From Mobula birostris (Eukaryota), in NCBI RefSeq assembly GCF_030028105.1, contig NC_092376.1, positions 53,740,935 through 53,804,934 of the forward strand: a DNA stretch of 64,000 nucleotides, given 5' to 3'. Below are positions 23,233 through 36,036 of this stretch, in pieces. Every line of letters starts with the position of its first letter. Position 1 is the stretch's first letter. Below the pieces are notes generated by a model. It ran no database searches, was not told the DNA's origin, and saw only the letters and a program-made list of their open reading frames with translations. A program made the position numbers and the translations under genes.

Positions 23233-25409
23233 GAAACTGAGATGAAGCACATTGCTCCCTGCAGTAAGAGGCCATAGACAGAAGACAGAAAGTGAATTCA
23301 AGAGAACTTTCTTTATACAGAGAGTAGTGACAAAGTGAGACTTCCTTAGTGAGCAGCTGGGGCAGAAATGATGTAAGCATGCAAGATTAGTGGATAGCTT
23401 GACAAAGCAAAAAGGAGCATATGACGTGAGCAGAGTCGGTTAATGTCACAATAACTCCTAGCTTGCATTGAGGGTACAAGTTGATAGATTCATTGGACCA
23501 AGGTGAATTGTCGCATAAATGAATGATTCTCTGCATTAATGATAACAGCCTCTGATATTATTGCTCAGATCATTTTGGTTTTGGTGAGTGATCACACTGT
23601 TTACTGCCAGGCACTGGCTGCACCACTGTCAGAATGATGAGCCATACTAACCATGGGGGAAGAACTCCAATCTGAGTGGAGAGCAGGTAACTGAGGATGT
23701 GTTGTGTTTCTCCAGTGCTTTTCTTCAGCAGTTGCCCTGGCTAACACCGGGAGAGTTCCCGTAACACTGACCACTTTCCTGCAGTTAACAGCCGCAGCTG
23801 GGTCTGTGCAGGTTGTTGTTTTATGCACAGATCTGGGCAAATGTACGTCTCAACCAAGTCTTTCTGTGCAGGTCATTGGATTCGTCATCGCTACACGCAG
23901 TGCCTGTGTTAAGCAAAAGACTGCGTACCAACTTTCACTCATAAAACTGACAGCACAGTTCAGCTGTATGACAATGTAAAGGGTCAGGCAGGTGGACCCT
24001 GAAATTCCAGTGGATTACTTCATGGCAATATAAGGCGAATTTTCCACAGTATCTGTCTTGCCTTTGGCCATGCTGGATGTTTCTGCAGGGATTCCGCACA
24101 CAATCTTCCCGCTGGCAGAGTGGCTCTCACCACTTTAGCTGGACTCAGACCCCCGGCACCGGTGAAACCCAGCCCAGGCTCTCAGCTGGCGTCGAGCTTG
24201 GAAATTCTGAACGTCTTTACTTTCAAAATCTTTCATTAACACTCTGGGCAGGCAAATTGTTTTGACAAATTTCTACAATAAAAGAGCTAAAACACATACA
24301 CACTCATTTAGAACCAATAACATAATTAATACCAACTAATGAATTGCAACATAACTTGCCTTTCCCCAGGAGCTGAAACCTCCTGTTCGTTGGTACAAGG
24401 GCAGCCTCCCTTGCGCCAGGACTGACCCGGTGCAGGTTGAGGGCAGAAATGCCTGTTGAGAGCTGGAAGTGTGTGAAGAATTACAATGTCCGTTAGGGCT
24501 CCATCAGGCAGGGTGGGAGATGCCGTGGGCCACACCAATGCTGAGAGCCCAGGCTTTTGGGGGGATTACACTGGGTGTTAGCACTGGGGCAAAACATTTA
24601 ATCTATCTTTTCTAAAAAAGAATAGATACTTTAAGTGAAGAACTTAATTGGATTGAATTGTTCTTCACATTTTCATTTGTATCGACATTCAATATTTGAA
24701 GCAAGTGATTCAGATGTGAATTTTGGAATAATGTGCATTTTAATATGCTTTACTAATACAGTTGTCCATTCATTCCTTTTGAAACTTATAACCATGGAGA
24801 AATTTTGCTGCAGACTCCCAATGCCAACACTATTTAATTTCTCCAGCAATTATTCTCTTTGATATCTAATAACATTGTAGCATTACTCCGGAACAAAAGA
24901 AAACTGAAAATATTATTGCCTAGCAATCTATCTCATACTGCCTTGCATGATTGACTTGTGCCAGGATCACATTTTCCATCATGATCCCAGTGCAGTAATA
25001 CAGAGATATTTTCCCTTGGCGTTGTTTCCTAATGCTCGCGGCAACGGGGTCTTGAATAAATATAATTGAATCCTGCTCAGCTAATCATACTTCACCACGC
25101 CCCTCTACAAAAAGCCACGGCTCTACTGCAAATGATATGACTTTGTTCAGAAGGAGTTAGAAATGGTGTTTTTCTCAGAGTGACCTCAAGATCCTAATAG
25201 GTGAGGTCCACAAAAGAAAATAGGGCAAGATATGTCAAGTGAGAGCTTTAAACCCTTGAACTTCAAACTGGGTAATATATTGACTCAGTTGTTTACATAC
25301 CTTCACTCTCAGTTAGGCAGACACCAACGCTCCCCACAAACCACTTCACCTCTCCCTCACTGTCCATGCCCTGACTCCCACAAAACACATGCACATGCAG
25401 ACACACACA

Positions 25410-25675
25410 CGTTCTTTCTCCTTCCCCCTCTGGAGTCTCTCCTCTTCCGTTTCTTCCATGGTCCACTATCCTCTCCAATCAGATTCTTCAACTCTCCACC
25501 TCTTCTGCTGATCACCGCGCCCCCCCCCCACCCAGAGCACCTTCATATTCTGGCTTTGTCCCCCTTTCCCCCTTCCAGTCCTGATGAAGGCTCTCAGCCC
25601 AAAACATCAACTGTTCTTTTCACTCCATAGACGCTGCCTGACTTGCTTGAGCTCCTCCAGCGTTTTGTGTGTGTT
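25410..25675 (+). mobile_element. Penelope-like 3' end with hammerhead-like motif
   Basis: ccatggtccactatcctctccaatcagattc; cagtc-ctgatga-aggctctcagccc-aaaa-catc-aactg at 25576-25613; ctccagcgttttgtgtg terminus. Confidence 0.8.
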
Positions 25676-26399
25676 TATCCTCTCCTGCTCCCTCCCCCCC
25701 CCCACCACCCCCCGGTTTTCTAGTTGCCAATTTTGTGGGTTGCTGCAGACGGTGAAGAAATGAGAAGTGCTCTGGTGAGCACTGCAGGGATCCTGAGAGA
25801 AGCAGACTGTAAAGTCAAATCTCATGGAGACCCAAGGCATTCTCCACCAGACCGGAGGCATGATTCATTCGTAGTTGTGCTCAGCTGCGCTCTCTGGAGC
25901 ATGGAATCAGGAGCCGGGGAGAAGAATAGCATGTTTACTTTGGATGTAAGTCTCAGCACAGTGCTGGCATCCAAATATAGTAGGCATGGCAGACGGCATA
26001 AGAGTGAATGGATCTTGCTGATAAATAGCATCAGTTATGAGAAAATTCTTCCTGCCAAGACTTGTGCGTTCAAGGATAGGAAGCCTGCATGATTCACTAA
26101 GAGAGCTAGCTTCAGAAGGGGTGCTGAGCATGGTCTTTCACTGTATGCATCACTCAAAGCCAGCACAACAGTGTGTGCACTCACCCGCCAAGCTTCTTGT
26201 TCTTAAGTGAAGACAAAGTAGATGATAGGTAGAGAACAACAATTATCTCCCAATCCCTGACAGTTGGTGCAGATCAGCCACCATTAACTGGAATAATCTG
26301 GAAGCAATGAAGTCTGATAGATTGGAACCTGACCGGAATATCATTCTTGGCCAAAGTAAGAGGCAGGAATGGATTCATGACTCTGAGTAACTTTCCCTT

Positions 26400-27113
26400 A
26401 TGTGCCCAAAAATGCACACAATACTCCAAGTGTGGTCTCACGAATGCCTTATAGAGCCTCAACATCACATCCCTGCTCTTATATTCTAACCTCTAGAGAT
26501 GAATGCCAACATTGCATTCACCTTCTTCCCCACCGACTCAACCTGGAGGTTAACCTTTAGGGTATCTTGCACAAGCACTCCCAAGTCCCTTTGCATCTCT
26601 GCATTTTGAATTCTCTCCCCATCTAAATAATAGTCTGCCTGTTTACTTCTTCCACCAAAGTGCATGACCATACACTTTCCAACACTGTATTTCACTTGCC
26701 ACTTTTTTACCCACTCCCGTAAACTATTTAAGTCTCTCTGCAGGCTCTCTATTTCCTCAACACTACCTGCTCCTCCACCTATTTTTGTATCATCAGCAAA
26801 TTTAACCACAAATCCATTAATCCCATCGTCCAAATCATTGACATACATTGTAAAAAGCAGTGGTCACAACACCGACCCCGTGCAACTCCACTGGTAACTG
26901 GCAGCCAGCCAGAATAGGATCCTTTTATTCCCACTCACTGTTTTCTGCCGACCAGCCAATGCTCCACCCATGCTAGTAACTTCCCTATAATTCCATGGGC
27001 TCTTATCTTGCTAAGCAGCCTCATGTGCGGCACCTTGTCGAAGGCCTTCTTAAAATCCAAGGACACCACATCTACTGCATCTCCTTTGTCTACTCTACTT
27101 GTAATTTCCTCAA
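26400..27113 (-). mobile_element. CR1 RT fragment, same family as 12274-15002
   Basis: YVNDLDDGINGFVVKFADDTKIGGGAG...MLAFISRG; closely matches 12820-13510. Confidence 0.92.
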
Positions 27114-27734
27114 ATAATCAACGATTTTCATCTCCAAATAAATGCTGTACACAATTTGAAACAGTTAATCACATTTTTCTAAAATACTGGCATTATTTCT
27201 AAAATAAACCCCAGTATATTTTTGGATTATGTTTTGCAAGTTTGTATGCTAGTGCTTTTGAGTCAGAATTTAAATGAGATTCAAGGGATTTTTATTAAAT
27301 CCCGACTAAGTTTTGTCATTCTGAAGTGGAATTTCAAAGTCAATAAAAATTCTGTTGCTAGCATTCTGTTTATTGAGTAATCCTTTTCCCAAAACTCACC
27401 CAGTACGAAATATCTACATGTTGCAGTAATCCAGAGAATTTTGTGTGCGAAAAATTATTCACATCTTCCAGTAGTTGAGAATTTGTAAAGCAGAAACAAC
27501 AGCAGAGGAACAATTGCACAATTTTTTTTGTTCAGTATCTTTCAACAACACTCAAAAACCCATTGTCATCATTTGAGTGAATTTGTGAATTAAATTTATT
27601 TTGTTACTTCTTGACTGTATGTTGGCATGCTGATTAAATCCCATAGTAGATTAACTTTCTGTTGAAACATTACATTCCACCATACAAATTGAGCTCAATA
27701 CTGTATATATGTCTCTGTGAGTACTTGCTGCACT

Positions 27735-29800
27735 TGAAATTCAGTTCAAGTACAGGTGCACAAAAAATTCAGGAACACCAGTCCGATAGTGATCCCCAGT
27801 GTATGTGGCTGGACATCAAGGGCATTACTGACTACACAAGGATAAACTGTCTTGACTATACCAGTGATGCCTCCCTCCCTGAGGCTCTAAACAACTTTTA
27901 TGCATACTACACAACACTGAACATAATAGCTTCCCCCCTTAAAGGTGAGCAGCCAATGTTTTTAACAGCAGCAGGTGTGAGAAGGACTCTGCAGAGAGTT
28001 AACCCCTTAAGGTGACCGGGCCAGACAACATCCCAGTCAAAGAACTTAGGGAGTGTGCACATCAGCTCACTGATGTCTTCAACACTTCACTCATCCAGGC
28101 TGCTATGATACAAATTGGCCACCATCATCCCATGATTGTCAAAGAGCTCATAAAAAAAAGAACTCTACACCTTCAGAACTAAACAACTACTGCCCAGTGG
28201 TACTGATGCCGATGATCATGACAGACAAGAAAAGATCTGCAGATGCTGGAAATCTGAGCAACACACACAAAATGCTGGAGGAACTCAGCAGGCCAGGCAG
28301 CATCTATGGAAAGGAATAAACAGTTGACGTTTTGGGCCGAGACTCTTCCCCCACCTTCTTACTCGGACTTCTCATCTTTTTTTCCAGTCCTGATGAGAGG
28401 TCTCAGCCCAAAACATCAACTGTTTGTTCCATTCCATAGATGCTGCCTCACCTGCTGAATTCCTCCAGCATTTTGTGTGGGATGCCAATCACCATGAAGT
28501 GCTTTGAAGGGCTGATAATAGCACACATCAAAAACTCCATTCCTGCCACTTTGAATATTCACCAATAAACTAACTGACAGAACTGCTCTACAACAGATGC
28601 CATAGCCCTAACACACCTAGAAAACAAGAGCACTAATATCAGAATGCTGTTTCTGAATTTCAGTTCAGCATCCAACACTATTGTCCCAAAGACATTGGTG
28701 AACAAATTCCTACTCCTCGGACTAAACACACCACTGTGCAACTGGGTGTTGGACTTCCTAACCAACAGAGCTCAGACAGTCAGGATGCACAACGGCCTCT
28801 CCCTGCCCCTCATCCTCATCATGGGTACCACCCAGGGCTGTGTGTTGAGCCCACTGCTCACACAGGACTGCACGGCCAAACACCCGGGTAATCACATTGT
28901 CAAGTTCGCTGATGACACAACTGTGGTGGGGCTCATCACTAACAATGATGAGATGGCCTTCAGAGAGGAGGTGGAAGACCTGAAGGCCTGGTGCCAGGTA
29001 AATAACCTCTTCCTCAGTGTTGACAAGAGGGGGGGTATGGTTATTGACTTCAAGAGCACTCAGATCACTCACACCCCTCTTTACTTCGGTGGGCAGCAAT
29101 GAAAACTGCAAGCAGTTTCAAACCCCTGGGAGTGCACATCTCACACAACCTTGCAAGGGCCTAGAAGACATCCTACACAAATCAGGAAAGCTCCCCAATG
29201 CCACTACGTTCTGGAAAGGCTGAAGAGAGTTGGGCTATGCACATCTATTTTCACGTCCTTCTACAGCTGTGCAGTGGAGAGCATTCTAACAAGCTGCATC
29301 ACTGCTTGTTAAGCCAACTGCACTACAGTAGCAGGAAGGCTCTAAAACTGCCCAATGCATCCCCGACACCAGTCTACCCACCATCAAGGACATATGTACA
29401 GAAAGGTTCTGGGGAAAATCCCAGAAATATAATGAAGGATTCTATTCACCCTGCTCATGGACTCTTTGTCCCACTCCCATCAGTGAGGAGGCTACATAAC
29501 ATCCAAGCCAGGACCACTAGATACTAAAACAGCTACTTTCCTCAAGCAGTAAGGCCGTTCAACAACTCCACACACTAACCCACCCCTCCAACCCCTTACC
29601 ACCATTACTTTACCATTTCCTGTCAGTCATCTTAAGTGCAGACACTCCTGTGCCTAGCATCACTTTATGGACATACAATCAATCTATGCATATAAGGTAT
29701 CTTATGTCTTTATACTTATTGTGTTTTTTATGATTGTGTTCTTTAACATCCTCTTTTACACTTGTGTACTGGAAATGACATTAAATAATCTTGAATCTAG
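27735..29800 (+). mobile_element. Rex1/Babar-like LINE, 5' truncated, interrupted by a PLE fold-back
   Basis: [15 protein letters not shown]...QGCVLSPLL...[17 protein letters not shown]; HPAHGLFVPLPS C-terminus; tail attaaataatcttgaatct. Confidence 0.85.
28224..28480. mobile_element. Penelope-like fold-back insertion with degenerate ~17-bp target duplication
   Basis: Inverted cacacaaaatgctggaggaactcagcagg arms; flanks gatgccgatgatcatga (28205) and gatgccaatcaccatga (28481); hammerhead-like motif at 28385-28422. Confidence 0.85.
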
Positions 29801-30217
29801 AAACGTAGACATTGCTTCAATAGGAAACTTAAATATTCCAACATTTCTCTGTAGGGCCCCTTGTTGTCTATCTCTATACATCAGTAGACCCAAAACTCTC
29901 CTGGTCATTTCCTATCCCACACTGTCCTGCCCACCAATTATGCCAGCCTACTAGTGGGAGCTGGCTCCTCATCCCATGTTTGATAGATTTCAATTTTCAT
30001 TCCCGAGTTGAAATTCTTTCATGAACTTACTCCTCCTCGCCTGTGGAAATTCCAATGGCTCTACAATCTTCTAAATCAATTCTCACGTCCACTCTTCCCC
30101 TCTTTTTCCCTCTTTCTGCCCCACACTGCTGTCATTTTAGTCACACAAGATCTACAATGTGAAACATCTCAGCCTTTCCAAATCCCCATCCTCCTTTGAG
30201 GCATATCTCTTTAATCA

Positions 30218-30395
30218 ACACCCACAAAATGCTGGAGGAACTTAGCAGGTCAGGCAGCATCTGTAGAAATGAACGAACAGTCAACATTTCGGGCCGAGAC
30301 CATTCATCAGGAATGCTATCTGACTTGCTGAGATTCCCCAGCATTTTGTGTGTGTTGTTCTAGATTTCCAGCATCTGCAGAACCTCTTGCGTTTA
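30218..30395. mobile_element. Penelope-like fold-back insertion with 12-bp target duplication
   Basis: ctctttaatcaa on both sides (30207 and 30397); minus-strand CTGATGA...GAAA motif at 30278-30315. Confidence 0.85.
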
Positions 30396-31125
30396 CCTCT
30401 TTAATCAAATATTCCTTCAAATCCATTTGACTTAAAGGAACTAGATGACTGCAACTGGTCGCTATTATATGGCAAATAGAAAAAAACTGTTTAAAATAAT
30501 CAGTTTGGATTAAAAAATTTCAAAGTGTTAACTTAAATTCAATTGTTGACATTTGTCAAATTGTCCTTTCCTAAAAACAAATTGGCCACATTCTGCAAAT
30601 ATTGATTAATTTCATTGCCTCAAACAAAATGTCACTTTCCATAACAAATCGGGTTTAGCCAGGGCTCGGGGTTTTGTAACAGTTTCACGTATTGAGTGTT
30701 GTAACTTTACCCAGACAGACATAGACAGCTTTCGAATACTTTTTGTCAAGTGTATGGCAGAACTTAGCAGCAGCAACAAGAAAAGTCTGGGCTATATATA
30801 AATACAAGCGTTTTGAGAAAGGTATATAGTAACCCCAACTAACATGTAAAGGCTGTCAGTTGACAGCAATTGTTTTTAAACAGTGATAAACAACTGCAGA
30901 GAGCTTATTTGAGCCTGAAATATGATGAATCTTACAAAGTAATTTTCAGCAGCAAATTGGAAATCCACACTGCTGAACATGCAATCCATGTTTGGTCCCC
31001 ATATGCTTGGTCCCCTCTAGGAGGCTATAAGATCAAGTATTGGTATATGGAATTAGTATAGTTGGGCTGGTTTTATAACTGGTCTTCTAAGCAACTAGAA
31101 ATTGGATATAAGTTCAAAATTTATA

Positions 31126-32346
31126 AACACGAGAGATTCTACAGATGCTGGAAACCCAGAGCAACACATGTAAAATGCTGGAGGAACTCAGCAGGTCAGG
31201 CAGCGTCTATGGGAATGAATAAACAGTTGAATGTTTTGGGCCAAGTCCCTTCTTCAGGACTGGAAAGCATGGGAAAAGAAGCCAGGATAAGAAGGTGGGT
31301 GGGGGGCGGGGAGGAGGGGAACGAATACAAACTAGAAGGTGATAAGTGCATTAGACTGATTTGCAACAGAAAATATCTGCAGGAATTTCCTGCTGGACGG
31401 GTCTCAAAAGGAATTGGGGGCAAATGTTTAAAAATATATCCATGATATTTCGATGTGTGAATTATGCATTTAAAAAGGCACAAAGAGATCTGATTTCTAG
31501 CCTTCCCATAATGTCCCCTGCCACCTACCGTGGATCCTTGGTTTCTTCAATCTTAACATTAGTATAACTTGTATGTAGCTGAGCCCCCAAAACTGATCAC
31601 TTTGATAAGGGCTGGAGAAGAAGGAATCTGATAGGAGAGGAGTGTAGACCATGGGAGAAAGTGAAGGAGAAGGGGCAACTGGGGAGGAGATAGGCAGTTG
31701 AGGAGAACAGGAGAGGTGAGAGGGGAGCTAGGGTGGGGGATGAAAGAAAAGGGAAGGGAGAGGGTGGAAAATCACCAGAAATTAGAGAAATTGATGTTCA
31801 TGCCATCAGGTTGGAGGCTACCCGGACATAATATGAGGTGTCTCTCCCATTTCTCCCATGGTCCATTCTCCTCTCCTATCAGATTCCTTCTTCTGCAGCC
31901 CTTATCAAAGTGATCAGTTACAGTGGGGGGCTCAGCTACATACAAATTATACTAATGTAGAGACCGAAGAAACCAAGTATCCACAGTAGGTGGCAGGGAA
32001 CATTATGAGAAGGCTAGACATTGAATCTCTTTGTGCCTTTTTAAACACATAATTCACACATAGGAATGTCATGGATATATATTTTAAACATCTGCCCCCA
32101 ATTCCTTTTGAAGCTCACCCATCAGGAAATTCGTGCAGATATGTTCTGTTGCAAATCAGCCTAATGCACCCATCACCTTCTAGTTTGTATCCCTTCCTTT
32201 CCCCCTCCCACCTTCTTATCCTGGCTTCTTTTCCCTTGCCTTCCAGTCCTGAAGAAGGGACTCGGCCCAAAACATTCAACTGTTTATTCATTCCCATAGA
32301 TTCTGCCTGACCTGCTGATTTCCTCCAGCATTTTGTGCGTGTTGCT
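31126..32346. mobile_element. Large Penelope-like inverted repeat (arms 31160-31660 and 31850-32346) containing a non-PLE segment
   Basis: Arms are reverse complements over ~500 bp; the spacer carries the minus-strand PLE endonuclease C-terminus (ggtagcctccaacctgatggcatgaacatc). Confidence 0.9.
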
Positions 32347-33348
32347 ATGAATTAAAAATTCTTTTCTTCATATTGTTAAGTAAGTTAGGTCAGTTAGCTT
32401 ATAATTCTACAGTTTTCATGAAATCATTGGAGCAGAATATCGTTACGTCACTTCAGAAAAATGAATTGGAAAAGAAAACTGCTTTAAAACAATGTACTCA
32501 GTACTAATTTTAAAAGGACCACATGGGAACATGTCTGCTCTGCCTCTGAATAAGAGCATTGTCCTCAGCTCCACTTGCCTGAATGATCACCATTACCCTA
32601 GTCCAAAATATATGATCTAATTGAAATAAAGTTGATGATTCAATATTCTAGTTCTTTCAAGATAGAAAATCCAAAAGGTTGACATTCCTCATCCTCCCAT
32701 TTTGAATTAATTCTCCCACTATCCTGAGACTAGGCCCTTAATACTATATTCCTCTATCGGAGGAAACATCCCTTCAGCACCTGCCCCGTTAGTCCCCCTA
32801 ATATCCTCTACCCAGGGTCTTCACTTTGCACTCAGGATGTGTAACCAGGGAAGAGAACATGGATGAAATCAGCCTAACTGGGTAAGCATCGCACATTGCA
32901 CAGAGAGCGGTGTTACAGACCCAGTGGTGTTGGGTCGGCCTGGCCAAGTGTTTTAGCTGCTTAGCACTGCACCTGGCTGGCACAGGTATGGCAACTAATT
33001 TACGTGTTGATGGAACATCAGGACCCTATGGCATCTTTCGTTGCTTCCTTCAGCCATCCTTTCTCTGTGATGGAGAGAACTGCACTGCCAAGCAAGTTAA
33101 GAGGGAAGAGGACAACTTCCATTGTCTTCAGTGAGGTGAAGACTGAAACTAGGTCCAGGGAGGCCTGTCAACACATGGAGTAGGTGCTATCGGTTCTCAG
33201 CGATGTCATGCATTTTATTGCATGCATAGTTCACCCTTTTCAGTATGACGTATTCCCCGTTTTACTGCAAGTTACTTGTAAAAGCCAGAGGTGGTGACTT
33301 TTGATATAGAGTTATTAGCATAAAATATAATGGAGACATGAAAGTTGT

Positions 33349-33891
33349 ATTAGACTGATTTGCAACAGGAAATGCCTGCTTTAATTTCCTGATGAGTGGG
33401 CTTCAACAGGAAATGGGTGCAAATGCTTAAAAATATATGCACAGCATTTCAATGTGCAAATTGTGCATTAAAAAAAGGCACAAATAAATCCAATTTCTAT
33501 CCACAACATAATGTTCTGTGGCACGTGGCCAAGTGGTTAAGGTGTTGGACTAGTGATCTGAAGGTCATGGGTTCGAGCCTCGGCCAAGGCAGCGTGCATC
33601 TCCTTGAGCAAGGCACTTATCCACACAACGCTCCAGTCTACCCGGCTGAGAATGGGTACTGGCAAAAATACCAGATAGACTAGCGATAGACTAGCGTCCT
33701 ATCTAGGGGGAGTCTCGTACTTTCAGTCGCTTCACTCCACGGAAACCGGCATAAGCACCGGCCTGATGGGCCACAAGGCTCATGACAGTCTTTAATCATA
33801 ATATTCTAAACCACCTCCATACTTGATTTCTTTAATCTCAGACATCAGTCTAACTTGTATGTAGCTGAGGTCCCATAACTGATCCCTTTGA
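33349..33891 (+). repeat. Third copy of the ~255-bp segment found inside the PLE arms, split by a SINE
   Basis: attagactgatttgcaacag...ttaaaaatatat...aaaaaggcacaaa...aacttgtatgtagctgag...actgatccctttga aligns with 31350-31605 and the reverse complement of 31905-32165. Confidence 0.88.
33518..33796 (+). mobile_element. tRNA-derived CORE-type SINE, full length, with 11-bp TSD
   Basis: A box tggccaagtgg, B box ggttcgagcc, CORE-like tccttgagcaaggcactta; TSD cataatgttct (33507-33517) / cataatattct (33797-33807). Confidence 0.85.
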
Positions 33892-35615
33892 CATCCCCTA
33901 ACTCCAAGCTTGCCAATATCAAAATAAATGTTCACCATCAATATTATGAGCTCGTAGTTTGTGGAGCAAGTTTGTAAACAACATATTATCAGCTAACTTC
34001 AAAAAATTCTAAATACATCATATTCATGGATTCTTCTTTACTTTCATTAAATAATGCTAACTATTTTGCTATGTTTTTCTCAGCATTCTTTTACCACCTC
34101 CCCAACGTAGACGCCAATATTTTTTCAACAATAGGTATCGGCTGACTTAAAGGTCTCTTTTTTCTCCCCCTCCCTACTTTCTTGAATAGTAGTAGCATGT
34201 TGTTAATTCCATCCACAGGTATCTTTCCAGGGTCAAGGGAATTTTAAGAGACCACAACCAATATCTCCACCTACTCTCCAACAAAGCAGCCAGATCTTTT
34301 CAGAAGTGAGGCTTTCTCCAGGCATCTTTTACATACTTATTGGCCCAAAAATTGTTTCATTTTCTCAAAGTACAGACATCAAGGAAGTTGCATATTGGAG
34401 GCCACATGTCACATGGGTTACAGCTGAAAGAAGCTGGGAGGAAATGTCAGAGTTTCAACTGAGATAAGGTATTGTAGGACCCCAGGGTAACAGACATCAG
34501 GGCATCGGTGAATTACATTGTAGAAGCAATCAGTTACTGGAGGGGGATTGATTTTGTGTGTGATCAGCCTAGGATCACAAATAGAGAAATTGCTCTGCAC
34601 AATGCCACAATGTTCATTGGAATCCATTTGACAGACCTGCAATTAACTTTGTAAGAAAATCACATACACAGAGGGTCAGGAACAAATTTGGTATTTGACA
34701 AAAAGTTACATAAGCAATCACATTTATTAATTGGGTTTTTGATTAAATTCTTTTCATTACCACACAAAAATATTAATACATGGGAAAATTTTTCTTTGCT
34801 TCTGCCTTTATGCATAATTTAGGAATTACAATTCAATTTTGAATGATTGCATCTTTAACCATACTTTTAATTATGTAAGCAGGGAATAACCAATTAACAA
34901 AAGAGTACAAAGAATAGACAACCATCTGCTGTCTAGAGAGGCTTGAAATAATCTCATATAATTTTTCTCCATGTACTTAAGTCGTTGATCTGTATATATG
35001 GTCCAAAATTTCTGCTATAATGACAAAAGTTTAGGATACTACACACAAAAATGGTTAAATACCAAGCTGATTCAGTATATCACTGATAGCTGTTACCAGT
35101 GGCTGAATATGAAATTAGACTGTTTCCCAGCTGTTATGATAGAGAATTTACCCCTCAGCGAGTTAGATCTGATGCAGACTCCAATGAGAAAAGCGTTGGA
35201 CAGTGGTCAGAATGACACTGTTAAGTGTCTTACTGGAAGTCTGGGATTCTATTGTCCACACAAGAGGGCATCAGAAGTGATTCAGATTGCTGGGACCCAC
35301 AACGATATCCCGCAAAGCTGCCCTGTAGCACTGTCACATTTTCTGCCTTCTACTCTAGCTATCTTTGTTGTCTCCTGGAGCTTACTACTTAATAGCAAAT
35401 TAGATAGATTTTCATCCGACTGGTCTCTTGTGGGTTCTATTTCATTCCATCAAACAAGAGTGAACCACCTAGCTTCCTCCAGATTTCTATAAAGTAGCTA
35501 CACCTTTACTGATTATATAAGGTGAAAAATGAAATGCAATTCTTGATTGTAATTTTGCCCCTATTGAAAACATGACCTGCACATTTTCTGTACGTTTTTC
35601 TTAGGATGGTTTTAC

Positions 35616-35969
35616 CTGGGTTGGAGCGCTAGATGACAAAGGTGGAACTTCTCCAATCTTGGCAATAGCTCTGGGATCACTCGAACTGATGAGGACTGGT
35701 GCACTGATTTCCATGGAGTGCCTGTTGTTGACAGCTTGGGAAGACTTGTGCGACATGCTGAACGAAGTGAAGGAGTGCCGTTTCTTGGCATTTTTCTTGC
35801 CGTCGATGCATCTGTGAACAGCGCAGACAGCACCGGCACTGTTTAAGGGCGAGCTCGATGCTGGGCTGGCACTAGCACTGGTAGCAGCAGATGGAGCGAC
35901 ATTACTGTTCTGTGCAACTGGCAGACACTTTTTATCCATCTCAATCAGTTGTTTTGCAGTGGAATTAAG
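35616..35969 (-). CDS. SH3RF3: SH3RF3 internal coding exon (354 bp, phase 0/0), linker after the second SH3 domain
   Basis: Acceptor ttcacacag|CTT at 35970/35969 and donor CAG|gtaaaa at 35616/35615. Translates LNSTAKQLIEMDKK...KKNAKKRHSFTSFSMSHKSSQAVNNRHSMEISAPVLISSSDPR...APTQ, carrying the KKRHSF and RHSMEISAPVLISSSDPR motifs typical of SH3RF3. Confidence 0.95.
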
Positions 35970-36036
35970 CTGTGTGAAACAAATAAATAAAAGCCATTAA
36001 AAATGTTATTATTGAGTAAGTCAAGGTACTGCGAAG

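Noticed and set aside
29920-30200. Possible ancient PLE reverse-transcriptase remnant
   Set aside because: Only faint motif resemblance; too degraded to support a call.
32790-33200. Possible Harbinger-like transposase relic
   Set aside because: No clear catalytic motif or termini could be read.
33385-33415. CTGATGA...GAAA in the 255-bp segment as another hammerhead
   Set aside because: The base before GAAA is G so stem II cannot close, and the CTGATGA is itself paired in a simple hairpin (atttcctgatgag/cttcaacaggaaat); the motif is not kept in the left-arm copy.
33518-33592. Possible tRNA gene
   Set aside because: A and B boxes are present but the acceptor stem is not convincing, and the sequence continues into a SINE body bounded by a TSD.
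34998-35492. 164-aa plus-strand ORF beside the 354-bp exon
   Set aside because: No recognisable domain; consistent with a chance ORF.
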